Assembly (NCBI GenBank): GCA_031425655.1
Contig: JANPJS010000121.1
Location: 1 to 35,824, forward strand
Direction: 5' to 3'
Length of the DNA: 35,824 bases
DNA from: Abditibacteriaceae bacterium
GTDB lineage: Bacteria > Armatimonadota > Abditibacteriia > Abditibacteriales > Abditibacteriaceae
A program made the translations under genes and the position numbers. Of the stretch, positions 1-8,328 are shown piece after piece. Under the pieces are notes generated by a model that searched no databases, had not been told where the DNA came from, and worked only from the letters and a program-made list of their open reading frames with translations. Each line of letters starts with the position of its first letter. The stretch's first letter is position 1.

Positions 1-7
1 AAATGGT

Positions 8-114
8 TTTGTCATTCTGTGTCCTCCCCAGCGGCCACCCGTAATAATCTATTATGATGTCCACCAAAATGTAGATTCTTCGGGGTGCCCTCTGGGCAGG
101 ACTCAGAATGACAA
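8..114. repeat. REP-like palindrome, GTCATTCTGAG...GAAGAATCT family (degenerate copy)
   Basis: Left arm tttgtcattctgtgtcctccccagcggccacccgtaataatcta pairs imperfectly with right arm tagattcttcggggtgccctctgggcaggactcagaatgacaaa. Arm ends match the perfect copy at 716-812. Confidence 0.8.
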
Positions 115-199
115 ACCCTTTTGCCTCACTTCGTTTTTGACTTTCGAGACTGATTCTAAGATCAACCAAGCGGCAAAACCTTCGGTGCCAGCGTAGAGA

Positions 200-249
200 C
201 AAAACGAAAGGGAAGAGGATAAGTTATGATCCTCTTCCCCTTCGTTTTG
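200..249. terminator. Long hairpin, probable terminator of the 287..457 gene
   Basis: caaaacgaaagggaagaggat...atcctcttccccttcgttttg inverted repeat just downstream of the small minus-strand ORF. Confidence 0.55.
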
Positions 250-286
250 CCGGACAATGACGTAAAACGCGGCGTATTCGCGTCAT

Positions 287-457
287 TCATTCGACAATCG
301 TGCGGCTGTTTTTCACTTCGCTCATCACAAAAACGCAAACCGCCACCAACGCGGCGCCTATCGTGGCATATCTGAAAACCTCGTCCGAAAACGGGAAAAG
401 CGACACTATCACGCGATGCGCGACAAAAAGCGCCAAAATGAACGCAGCATATTTCAT
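287..457 (-). CDS. Small 56-aa two-helix membrane protein (not in ORF track)
   Basis: Manual translation MKYAAFILALFVAHRVIVSLFPFSDEVFRYATIGAALVAVCVFVMSEVKNSRTIVE*. SD-like GAAGGTGA upstream, two hydrophobic segments, hairpin downstream. Confidence 0.65.
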   Translation of the reverse strand: MKYAAFILALFVAHRVIVSLFPFSDEVFRYATIGAALVAVCVFVMSEVKNSRTIVE

Positions 458-649
458 AAAAATCACCTTCGCACAGAATTATAGATCGTGAGTTTTAAGG
501 GCGTTTTATCTTCCGATTAAATTAATAGACCTCTTGCAAAACTGGGCGAAGCCCCCACCCAACCTCCCCCAGAGGGGGAGGAGTTACGCTCTGGAAGACC
601 ATTGAGGCTTTTCAAAGCGCAGTTCCCCTCCCTCCGGGAGGGGTTAGGG

Positions 650-869
650 CTTTCCGGTAGGGGTTTTTGAAAAAGAGTTTGAAAAACGTGAGATTAAGCG
701 GCAAAAAGTAAGAGTTTTGTCATTCTGAGCTTGCGAAGAATCTATGAATAGTCCCGCTTGGAAAGAGCAATGGAGATCAAAAGTAGATTCTTCGCAAGCT
801 CAGAATGACAAACTCCTTTGCTTTTCCTTGATTCTTACGCTTGCCTCGCTAAAAACCCCTACCGGAAAG
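650..869. mobile_element. 220-bp MITE with perfect 19-bp TIRs and an 11-bp target-site duplication
   Basis: ctttccggtaggggttttt (650-668) / aaaaacccctaccggaaag (851-869). Direct repeat aggggttaggg at 639-649 and 870-880. Confidence 0.85.
716..812. repeat. REP-like palindrome with perfect 29-bp arms, inside the MITE
   Basis: tttgtcattctgagcttgcgaagaatcta (716-744) / tagattcttcgcaagctcagaatgacaaa (784-812). Confidence 0.85.
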
Positions 870-920
870 AGGGGTTAGGGGAGGGCAAATTCGACTTTTG
901 CAAGGGGTCTAATCTCGACT

Positions 921-1550
921 TCAATTCCACTGTTCGATATTCATCGTCCAATTCTGCGTGGATTTCACTTCGAGATAATATGTGCCTCGGCCTTGCAAGC
1001 GCGTTACTCCGCCGCTTTCGCCTTTAGTATTTACGGCCATGCCGACGCTTTCACGATTTCTGCGATAAATGATTGCGTAAGTCCAAGCATTGGCATCCTG
1101 CGCCGGGGTTGTGGCCCAGCGAATTCGCCAAAAACGCGCTGTAATGGGAAACGAAGCCGTTTTTTTGGTGCCCGTTCCTTGCGCATTCACGACCGCACGC
1201 CATTCGGCTGGCGTTGCGCCGAGCGCCGGCGGCGCAGCCGGCGCCGCGCCGCTGATAACCGGCGCAATCGTCACTTGCTCTTCAGGCGGCGGCTCATCTG
1301 ATGACTCGATGGAAGATAAACCACGCGACGAAGCCGGAGCAGCCGGCGCCGGCGCATTTGGTCGCATGACCATCGCAGCCAGCGTGAAAAATATCACGCA
1401 GGCCACAACGATCCACGGAATCACGCTCTGGCGCGGCGGAGCGTCGTCATTTGAATCGGCAAAAAGCACCGCTTCGCAGCGAACGCATTTGAAGGTGCCT
1501 TCCAAATTCCCATATCCGCACTTCAGACATTGTCCGGCTAACGTCGTCAT
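921..1550 (-). CDS. Zinc-ribbon, single-TM protein with C-terminal extracytoplasmic beta-rich domain
   Basis: N-terminal CLKC...CVRC, TM IPWIVVACVIFFTLAAMVM, Pro/Ala linker. Starts 7 nt after the ATPase stop. Confidence 0.8.
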   Translation of the reverse strand: MTTLAGQCLKCGYGNLEGTFKCVRCEAVLFADSNDDAPPRQSVIPWIVVACVIFFTLAAMVMRPNAPAPAAPASSRGLSSIESSDEPPPEEQVTIAPVISGAAPAAPPALGATPAEWRAVVNAQGTGTKKTASFPITARFWRIRWATTPAQDANAWTYAIIYRRNRESVGMAVNTKGESGGVTRLQGRGTYYLEVKSTQNWTMNIEQWN

Positions 1551-1557
1551 AATAATT

Positions 1558-3084
1558 TCAAACCGCGAAGATAGCGCGCGTTAATTCTTCAGAAGTCGTC
1601 AGGCCCGCCGTCAGCTTTTCGATGCCGTCCTGATAAAGCGTTTTCATGCCGTTTTTCACGGCGATGCGTTGAATGGTATCGGCATCTTCGCGGTGCATGG
1701 CGGCAATGCGCAATTCTTCGTCGAACTCCAATAATTCCATGACCGCAAGGCGTCCGCGCACGCCGCGTCCGTTGCATTCCGCGCAGCCGGCGCCGCGATA
1801 AAGCGGCGTGCCGGACGGCAATTTCCATTGCTCGCGGCTGATTTCGTATTCGCTGCTGTCGGTTGGCAATTCTTCGCGGCAATGACGGCAAATCAAGCGC
1901 ACCAGCCGCTGCGCCAAAATGCCGGTCACGCTGGACGCGATGAGAAACGGCTCCAAACCCATATCTTGAAGGCGCGCCACGGCGGAGGCTGCCGAATTAG
2001 TGTGCAGCGTCGAAAGCACCAAGTGCCCGGTTAACGAGGCGCGCACTGCCATCTGCGCGGTTTCCGTATCGCGGATTTCACCGACTAAAATCACATCTGG
2101 GTCTTGGCGCAAAATCGCGCGCAGGCGCGCCGCGAAGGTGTTGCCCATTTCTGGGTTGATATTGCACTGCATAATGCCCGCCATTTCATATTCGACCGGG
2201 TCTTCGACCGTCACGATATTTTTCGATTCATCGCGCGTGGCCGCTAAAGCTGCATAAAGCGTGGTGGTTTTTCCGCTTCCCGTCGGGCCGGTTACGAGCA
2301 GCATTCCGTGTGAGCGTTGCAGCATTTTCTCGAAGCGAACGCGCACGTCTTCGGTGAAACCCAGGCGCGTTAAATCGGTGACCAGCGAAGCCGGATCGAG
2401 CAAGCGCAAAACGAGTTTTTCGCCATGCACGCCCGGCAATGTAGACAAGCGAAAATCCATGCGGCGCCCGCCGACTCTGGCGCGAAATCGTCCGTCCTGC
2501 GACAGTCGTGTTTCCGAGATATTCAAGCGCGCCATCAACTTGATCCGCGAGGTCAACGAAGGCTGCAATTCTTTGGGAATAATGCGTCCGGGACTAAGCC
2601 TTCCGTCCACGCGAAAGCGCGGCAAAAAGCCGTTTTCCTGCGGCTCCAAATGTAAATCCGAGGCGCGCATGGCGACGGCCTGCTGCAATAACTGATTGCA
2701 CATTTGCACGGCTTCGCTGGCGTCTAAATTATCGTCATTTTGCTGATCGTCATCTTCTAAAACAACGCCGCTATCGTTTAACCGCGCCGAATTATCCTGC
2801 CCAAGTCCGACATTGACCGTCGGAGCCGGCGCCGCAGCGGGTTTTCCATTTACAGGCGGCACTTTCGCATTTATAGATGGAATTTTATCGTTTGACGGTA
2901 GCTTATCGGTTTGGCCACCGGCGGCAATAAAAACGGATAATTGCTGTTGAGAAATCCAGCCGTTATCTAAAATCACCTGAGCTAAATTTTTGCCCGACGT
3001 GCGTTGCTGTGCCGCCGCATGAATCTGCGGCGGGTTCAACAAGCCGGCTTTCACCAATGCCAAAGCCAATGTCTGATCGTTCAT
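1558..3084 (-). CDS. gspE: GspE/PilB-family type II/IV secretion-pilus assembly ATPase
   Basis: ASDLHLEP, Walker A GPTGSGKTTT, Asp box VEDPVEY, LRQDPDVILVGEIRD, His box GHLVLSTLHTN, tetracysteine CRHC...CAEC. Confidence 0.93.
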   Translation of the reverse strand: MNDQTLALALVKAGLLNPPQIHAAAQQRTSGKNLAQVILDNGWISQQQLSVFIAAGGQTDKLPSNDKIPSINAKVPPVNGKPAAAPAPTVNVGLGQDNSARLNDSGVVLEDDDQQNDDNLDASEAVQMCNQLLQQAVAMRASDLHLEPQENGFLPRFRVDGRLSPGRIIPKELQPSLTSRIKLMARLNISETRLSQDGRFRARVGGRRMDFRLSTLPGVHGEKLVLRLLDPASLVTDLTRLGFTEDVRVRFEKMLQRSHGMLLVTGPTGSGKTTTLYAALAATRDESKNIVTVEDPVEYEMAGIMQCNINPEMGNTFAARLRAILRQDPDVILVGEIRDTETAQMAVRASLTGHLVLSTLHTNSAASAVARLQDMGLEPFLIASSVTGILAQRLVRLICRHCREELPTDSSEYEISREQWKLPSGTPLYRGAGCAECNGRGVRGRLAVMELLEFDEELRIAAMHREDADTIQRIAVKNGMKTLYQDGIEKLTAGLTTSEELTRAIFAV

Positions 3085-3120
3085 AAATATTCTTGAATAG
3101 ATTGCCGGTATTTCGCGCGA

Positions 3121-3675
3121 TTAACGCGAACGCACAAATAAAATCAGCAGCGCGGGAAACCAAAGACACGAGCCGTAAAAGGCATATTTCGCGGCGTTTA
3201 TAGCTTGGTTTGGAAGTCGGCCCAGCAGCGAAACATAAGCGACAAATCCCAGTGCCGGACACAAGAAACTCATGGCGTCCACAAACTGATTGCGGCCATC
3301 GAGAGCCGTCAGCGAGTTATCGCCCGAATATCGGATGGTTTGCACCGGCACAATAGGATTCGCAGCCGGTGAGGCCGGGGCCACCAGCCTTTGTCCCCAC
3401 AACGATTGCGCTTCCGCCGCCGTGCTGATCGCATACGCCCACGGCAAAAACGTGCCGCACGCGCTGCAATTCATAGTCGAGTAAAGATTTTCCGTATAGC
3501 ATTTATCGCACATGCCATACGGCTCGCGCTCATGCATTTTCGCTTTGGCCCACGGCAAAGGGTAGTTGCACTCGGCACAAGATGAAATGGTGTAGGGATT
3601 TGCGCCGTAGCACAGCGGGCACTGTCCTGTTGGCGTTTTGTCCGCATCTTCGGCGTGCCGGGAATTGGTTTTCAT
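3121..3675 (-). CDS. Double zinc-ribbon protein with C-terminal membrane hairpin
   Basis: Two CxxC-x10-CxxC-xxLPWA units, two hydrophobic C-terminal segments. Paralog of 3715..4365. Confidence 0.85.
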   Translation of the reverse strand: MKTNSRHAEDADKTPTGQCPLCYGANPYTISSCAECNYPLPWAKAKMHEREPYGMCDKCYTENLYSTMNCSACGTFLPWAYAISTAAEAQSLWGQRLVAPASPAANPIVPVQTIRYSGDNSLTALDGRNQFVDAMSFLCPALGFVAYVSLLGRLPNQAINAAKYAFYGSCLWFPALLILFVRSR

Positions 3676-3714
3676 GGTGCATGAATATATTTCCCATTTA
3701 TATTTCAGGAAATA

Positions 3715-4365
3715 CTATTGATAAATTTCGACTTCCTCGCCCGGCACCACTGGGCCAGACGGCGGCGGGGCACTGGGCAGTGAACGACGACCAAATTTCA
3801 CCGGGCCAATAAAAACCATCAGAATAAAAATCCAGGTAACCATACCGAAAAGCGCGAATCTCGCAGCATTCAAAGCCTGACGCGGCACGGTGCTGAGTAA
3901 TGTTACGTAAGAAATGAATCCCAACGGCGGACATATAAAGCTAATCGCATCCACGATTTGATTAGGCCCATCATGTATTGCGGAATTGTAAATCGGCGCA
4001 GCGGAACCATGTATCATGGAAGCCGGCATTGAATGTCCGTTTTTCGACGGCGCCGCCAACATAGCAATTTGGCCTGTTGCGGCCTTTTGCTGCATTACGG
4101 CGCTCACCGCATTGGCCCACGGCAAACGGGAACCGCAGGAGCCACAGTTCAACGTGGTATACGGGTTTTCCGCCTGACACTTGAGGCACGCTCCACACGG
4201 CTCGCGCTCCTGAATTTCGGCTTTAGCCCACGGTAGAGGTAGATTGCACTCGCTGCAACGCGAAATGCTATACGCATTTTCGGTGTAGCAAAGTGGGCAT
4301 TGACCCATCGGCGTCTTTTCGGCGCTGCCGGATGCATTATTTTTCATAGCGCTTGAACTCGACAT
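3715..4365 (-). CDS. Double zinc-ribbon protein with C-terminal membrane hairpin (paralog)
   Basis: CPLC..CSEC.LPWA and CLKC..CGSC.LPWA. DAISFICPPLGFISY aligns with DAMSFLCPALGFVAY of the neighbour. Confidence 0.85.
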   Translation of the reverse strand: MSSSSAMKNNASGSAEKTPMGQCPLCYTENAYSISRCSECNLPLPWAKAEIQEREPCGACLKCQAENPYTTLNCGSCGSRLPWANAVSAVMQQKAATGQIAMLAAPSKNGHSMPASMIHGSAAPIYNSAIHDGPNQIVDAISFICPPLGFISYVTLLSTVPRQALNAARFALFGMVTWIFILMVFIGPVKFGRRSLPSAPPPSGPVVPGEEVEIYQ

Positions 4366-4449
4366 AACAATAATAAATTTGAAATTTACTGCATTTGCTC
4401 AACGCAGAGCAGTCATTCCCAAACGTCTCTGCTTCATTTTGAGCCACTG

Positions 4450-4479
4450 AGGTTAATAGGGAATTAATGGAAGGTTAAG
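4450..4479 (-). promoter_or_regulatory. Pho-box-like triple direct repeat (OmpR/PhoB-family site)
   Basis: Minus strand CTTAACCT-tcc-ATTAATTC-cct-ATTAACCT, exact 11-bp period, upstream of the 4365 start. Confidence 0.65.
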
Positions 4480-4521
4480 AGTGCTGGCGATGAATGGCTG
4501 TGCGCGATAAATATCAAACAA

Positions 4522-4550
4522 CGCCCGCCTCCAAACTTCGGAGACGGGCG
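4522..4550 (-). terminator. Intrinsic terminator after the prepilin gene
   Basis: cgcccgcctcc/ggagacgggcg stem, followed on the minus strand by ttgtttg. Confidence 0.6.
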
Positions 4551-4587
4551 CTGTCGTGTGCAAGTGGAGTTTTGCGAAAACCGCCGT

Positions 4588-5598
4588 TTATCCGACCGGG
4601 GTAACGCCGTCCACTTTGTAGATTTTCGGCTGGGTCACAACGGAGTAGGCGTTCTTGCCCCACAGGAAGTTGTTTGGATTGAGCGTCTGTTCTAAACGCA
4701 TAGCCTTGACGTGGCCATCGCAGAACAGGAAGTTAATAGCCTTGTTGTGGCGCGAGTCGTTCGCATATTCGATGCGCGGCTTGGTGGCGGAAGGAAGTGC
4801 GAGTGCATCTTTGGCCACGTCGTAAGGTGTGGCAACAAGTTTGTTGCTCGCGGTGCCGGTGGTCATGTCAATACCAATGCCGCCGGTGCCCTGACCCGAT
4901 TGAGTTTCCGAATCCCACACCGTTCCTGGTGTATTGTAGCTCACGCCGGAAGTCGGGCGATGCGACTTGATGGAGGTGCCGCCGGTGCCGGAAACGCCGC
5001 CGAGGTTGAGCGGATTGTCGTTCATTTCCGTCATCAAAATGACTTCTGAGGCACCTTTGATGTTGGCGCTGCGCACAACACGGACAGCCGGGAGGTTATT
5101 GTGCTTTTTGCGTGGCATGACCACTTCGTTGGTGATGTAGGACAAACGAGGAGCTTGATTGTCCACAATGGCCGGATATTGTGTGCCCTGACCGGTGGCT
5201 GTGCAGTCAGCCGGCGCGCAGTTGCTCGGCGCGATGCCGCCGCTTTCGTCGCTTGGGCACACAAAAATGCCTTTATTGTTATCGGTGTAATCGGCCAGCA
5301 CGCCAGTCCAGTGGACATTGCCATCCACGCTGGTGTTGCCATTTACATAATAATACGTCGAGGGGAAAGTTTCGTCGTTGTCCTTCTGATACAAGGCCAA
5401 CGCGGTGCCCATTTGCTTCATGTTGTTCAAACAGGCCGAGCCGCGAGCGGATTCGCGTGCTTTGCTAAATACCGGCAACAAAATACCGGCGAGCAACGCG
5501 ATGATGGCGATGACGACAAGCAATTCGATGAGCGTAAAGCCTTTTTTGCCCGCTCGGTTCGTGGTGTGCCCTTTTGAGACACGGATGGACATCTGCAT
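4588..5598 (-). CDS. Prepilin-type N-terminal cleavage/methylation protein, DUF1559/H-X9-DG type
   Basis: [45 protein letters not shown]-terminal [16 protein letters not shown]. Start could be the second Met. Confidence 0.93.
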   Translation of the reverse strand: MQMSIRVSKGHTTNRAGKKGFTLIELLVVIAIIALLAGILLPVFSKARESARGSACLNNMKQMGTALALYQKDNDETFPSTYYYVNGNTSVDGNVHWTGVLADYTDNNKGIFVCPSDESGGIAPSNCAPADCTATGQGTQYPAIVDNQAPRLSYITNEVVMPRKKHNNLPAVRVVRSANIKGASEVILMTEMNDNPLNLGGVSGTGGTSIKSHRPTSGVSYNTPGTVWDSETQSGQGTGGIGIDMTTGTASNKLVATPYDVAKDALALPSATKPRIEYANDSRHNKAINFLFCDGHVKAMRLEQTLNPNNFLWGKNAYSVVTQPKIYKVDGVTPVG

Positions 5599-5676
5599 TA
5601 TTCTTTTCTCCTGTTTCCCCTATCCGGGGAGAACGCAATTACCGCTGTGAATTATGAGGAGAAAGGAAGCGCTGTT

Positions 5677-5706
5677 GGGTTAAGACGGGGTGAACATCCG
5701 ATTAAG
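5677..5706 (-). promoter_or_regulatory. Second Pho-box-like triple direct repeat, upstream of the prepilin
   Basis: Minus strand CTTAATCG-gat-GTTCACCC-cgt-CTTAACCC, 11-bp period. -10-like CATAAT at 5651-5656. Confidence 0.6.
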
Positions 5707-5827
5707 TTTTTAACCAGAATAGATTCGCTGATTTATTACTAATCGTATATTTTAAATCGCATTCTAAAGCCAAATAAAAGCGAGGAGTATTTTTCTCAGG
5801 GCATAATTTACTGCCGATACTTCGATT

Positions 5828-5864
5828 AAAAAAGCCCAGCTTCATAAAGAGGCTGGGCTTTTTT
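5828..5864. terminator. Bidirectional intrinsic terminator downstream of arsC
   Basis: aaaaaagcccagcttc-ataaa-gaggctgggctttttt. Confidence 0.8.
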
Positions 5865-5904
5865 GACTCTACTTTTTTCTGATTTCAACTGTTTCGCGGC
5901 GGCT

Positions 5905-6351
5905 TCAAGCCACCGGACAATTCTGCACGCAGAACTCTTGCGCGATTTGGTCTTTTATTTGGTCACGGATTTGGCGGGTCGCTTCGAGCTTCTCGTCCCA
6001 TGTGCCTTCGAGCGCCGCAGGGTCGGGAAATGACCAGTGCAACCGCTGCGTGACGCCGGGGAAAATCGGGCAACGCTCTGCATTGGCGCCGTCGCATACC
6101 GCAATAACATGAGTGAAGATTTGCGTTGATTTCACTACGTCGAAAACCCAGCGCGGCTGGTAATCGGACACGTCAATGCCATCTTCTTTGAGAACCGCAA
6201 CCGCAAGCGGATTGACGCCAGTGGTGTTCTGGTTTAATCCGGCGCTTTGCGCTTCGTAGTCTTCGCCGCAAAGCTGATTCAGCGTCGCTTCGGCAATGAC
6301 CGAGCGCGCCGAGTTATGCACGCAGACAAAAAGAACCTTTTTCTTTCGCAT
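5905..6351 (-). CDS. arsC: Arsenate reductase, thioredoxin-coupled LMW-PTP family
   Basis: LFVCVHNSARS P-loop, VCD...CP redox cysteines, HWSFPDP. Confidence 0.88.
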   Translation of the reverse strand: MRKKKVLFVCVHNSARSVIAEATLNQLCGEDYEAQSAGLNQNTTGVNPLAVAVLKEDGIDVSDYQPRWVFDVVKSTQIFTHVIAVCDGANAERCPIFPGVTQRLHWSFPDPAALEGTWDEKLEATRQIRDQIKDQIAQEFCVQNCPVA

Positions 6352-6375
6352 GATTTTCCTCTCCGAAAAATAAAA

Positions 6376-6840
6376 TTAGCAGCAAGCAGACGAGCCGCTG
6401 CCGCAACAAGCAGAAGCGTTTACTGACGGCACAAGACAAAGCTCTTTAGCCAGGCAGTCGGTGTGCTTTGTGGCGAGATGCAGCGTTACGGCGCTATCGG
6501 AAACGCTGGCTTCAGCGACCGGGTATTGCGAAATAACCGCGTCTTCGTATTCAACCTCTAAATCAATGTCGTCGTTGGGCACGATGGTTTGCGCCAGAGA
6601 GAGAATCTTGGCCATCGTGCCGGCGTTCAGCCGGTGTTCTTCGTCTTCGCCTACCCAAGCCTGTAATTGACAAGTTTGGATGGAATGCACCTTGCCGCCG
6701 CAGTCAATAAACGTCTTATTGACCTGACCAACTTCGGTGATATGGAACGACATGGGAACGTCTTGCTGATCGGGCAATTGGATGAGGAACTGCTTGTCGG
6801 AATTGGCTTCGAGCAAAGCCTTGAATTGCTTGAGCTTCAT
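6376..6840 (-). CDS. DUF6428-like arsenic-operon-associated protein with Cys-rich tail
   Basis: FHITEVG, FIDCGG, TDCLAKELC, terminal CCGSGSSACC. Directly upstream of arsC. Confidence 0.8.
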   Translation of the reverse strand: MKLKQFKALLEANSDKQFLIQLPDQQDVPMSFHITEVGQVNKTFIDCGGKVHSIQTCQLQAWVGEDEEHRLNAGTMAKILSLAQTIVPNDDIDLEVEYEDAVISQYPVAEASVSDSAVTLHLATKHTDCLAKELCLVPSVNASACCGSGSSACC

Positions 6841-6875
6841 GCTGTGAGGTTTCCTTTATTCAGGCGTTTTATCGC

Positions 6876-6913
6876 TTATCGTAAATTTACGATAAAGAGT
6901 CTAAGCCTGTCAA
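6876..6913 (-). promoter_or_regulatory. Sigma70-type promoter with a perfect 20-bp palindromic operator (ArsR-like)
   Basis: TTATCGTAAATTTACGATAA at 6876-6895 overlaps -10 TAAATT (6889-6884). -35 TTGACA (6913-6908) overlaps the kinase stop codon. 18-nt spacer. Confidence 0.75.
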
Positions 6914-8319
6914 GAAACCGACGACGGCAGCAGAACACGGAAGGTCGTGCCCTGCCCGACTTCGCTTTCGACTTCGACGTAGCCGTCGTGATTTTCAACG
7001 ATATGCTTGACGATAGCCAGACCAAGCCCGGTGCCGCCCTGCGCCCGCGAGCGCGCTTTATCCACGCGATAAAACCGCTCGAAAACACGCGATAAATCAG
7101 CGGAGGGAATCCCGATTCCAGTATCCTGCACCGAAAAAACCACGAATTTACCGGCATCTCTATTTTCAGAGAGCGCGGCGCCATTGTTGGCAGCGCCATT
7201 GACGGATGCGCCATTGTTGGCTGCATTTAATTTCAGCAGCACGCTGCCCTCTGGCGGCGTATAAATCAGCGCGTTGTCGAGCAAGTTATAAATGACCTGT
7301 TCAATCGCGGCGGCATCGCCGTTAACGGCGACACCGTTGGCGTTTTCAGGCTCTTCAAAGGCAACGGAGATATTATTTTGCTGCGCTTTATCGCCCAGAA
7401 GCTGCATCACGTTTTTGGTGATGGCGCACAAGTCAACGGGAATTTCCGGCATCGCACCGGAAGATTCGCCGCCAGATTCCTCGGCCCGCGCCAGATCGAG
7501 TAAATCGCTGATAAGACGCGAAATGCGTTCGGCTTCAGAAACTAAATGCGGCAAAAAGCGGCGAATCAGTTCCGGGTCGTCGGCGGCGTCGAGAATAGTT
7601 TCCGCCGTGGCGCGAATGGTGGCAATCGGCGTGCGTAATTCATGCGAAGCGTTGGCCACGAAGTCGCGCCGCACGCGCTCCAGACGGCGCATTTCCGTCA
7701 AGTCTTGCAAAATGGCGACGGCGCCAGTGACAGTGCCGTCGTTGTGGCGCACCGGAGCGACACGCAGAAATATCTCGCGCGGGCGCGGCGAATAAAGCTG
7801 CACTTCGCGCGCGTTGTGCTTGCCTTCTTCGAGAGCGACGCGAACTCCGGCATCGAGACCGAACGAAGGCAACGCTTCAAGTAACTGCGCGCCCAGCACA
7901 TCTTCGACGCGCACGCCGAAAAACACGACCGCCGCAGAGTTGAGATAGCGTAAACGCGCTTCGCGGTCTACGACCAGAACGCCGTCTTGCAACGCGGATA
8001 AAACGTCTTCAAAGCCGCGCCGGGCGCGTTGTTGCTCGCGTTCGGCGATTTCCAGCGATTCAATGGTGCGCATCAACTGGCGCAGCGTGATAAAAAGCGG
8101 CCTGCCGTCGCCCCGCGCGCCGCTTTCGCCGCTTTCGTCTTCAATCATCGCCGCGAAGGCGCCGGCGCCTTCATAATCGCGCGTGATAACGGCATTTAAA
8201 GCGTTGCGCCAAAGCTGATCGCGCGCTGCCGAGGCTTTGCGTTCACGCCGCCATGCGCTCCATAAAGCCGCGCATCCCATCAAGCAAACTAACGCCGCGA
8301 CGGGGAAAAAGTAGGCCAT
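6910..8319 (-). CDS. phoR: PhoR-like PAS sensor histidine kinase
   Basis: N-terminal TM, PAS, RRLERVRRDFVANASHELRTP H-box, NLLDNA, DTGIGI, RVFERFYRVDKARSRAQGGTGLGLAIVKH typical of PhoR/WalK kinases. The phoR assignment specifically is tentative. Confidence 0.75.
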   Translation of the reverse strand: MAYFFPVAALVCLMGCAALWSAWRRERKASAARDQLWRNALNAVITRDYEGAGAFAAMIEDESGESGARGDGRPLFITLRQLMRTIESLEIAEREQQRARRGFEDVLSALQDGVLVVDREARLRYLNSAAVVFFGVRVEDVLGAQLLEALPSFGLDAGVRVALEEGKHNAREVQLYSPRPREIFLRVAPVRHNDGTVTGAVAILQDLTEMRRLERVRRDFVANASHELRTPIATIRATAETILDAADDPELIRRFLPHLVSEAERISRLISDLLDLARAEESGGESSGAMPEIPVDLCAITKNVMQLLGDKAQQNNISVAFEEPENANGVAVNGDAAAIEQVIYNLLDNALIYTPPEGSVLLKLNAANNGASVNGAANNGAALSENRDAGKFVVFSVQDTGIGIPSADLSRVFERFYRVDKARSRAQGGTGLGLAIVKHIVENHDGYVEVESEVGQGTTFRVLLPSSVS

Positions 8320-8328
8320 TTATGAGGT

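Larger units (their letters stand above)
551..886. repeat. REP-like CCCCACCCAACCTCCCCC/GGGAGGGG double-hairpin repeat, interrupted by an insertion
   Basis: Left part 551-583. The right part cccctccctccgggaggggttaggggagggc is restored when 650-880 is removed and resembles the intact copy at 25520-25590. Confidence 0.75.
526..911. mobile_element. Outer MITE-like element with TA-ended terminal inverted repeats, carrying a REP-like core
   Basis: tagacctcttgcaaaa (526-541) vs ttttgcaaggggtcta (896-911), 15/16 complementary. Non-coding interior. Confidence 0.7.

Noticed and set aside
300..491. Listed plus-strand 63-aa ORF
   Set aside because: Antisense shadow of the better-supported minus-strand ORF 287..457, which has an SD, TM helices and a terminator.
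818..1027. ORF crossing the MITE end as a possible transposase remnant
   Set aside because: No DDE or HUH motifs. It is read-through of repeat DNA into the antisense of 921..1550.
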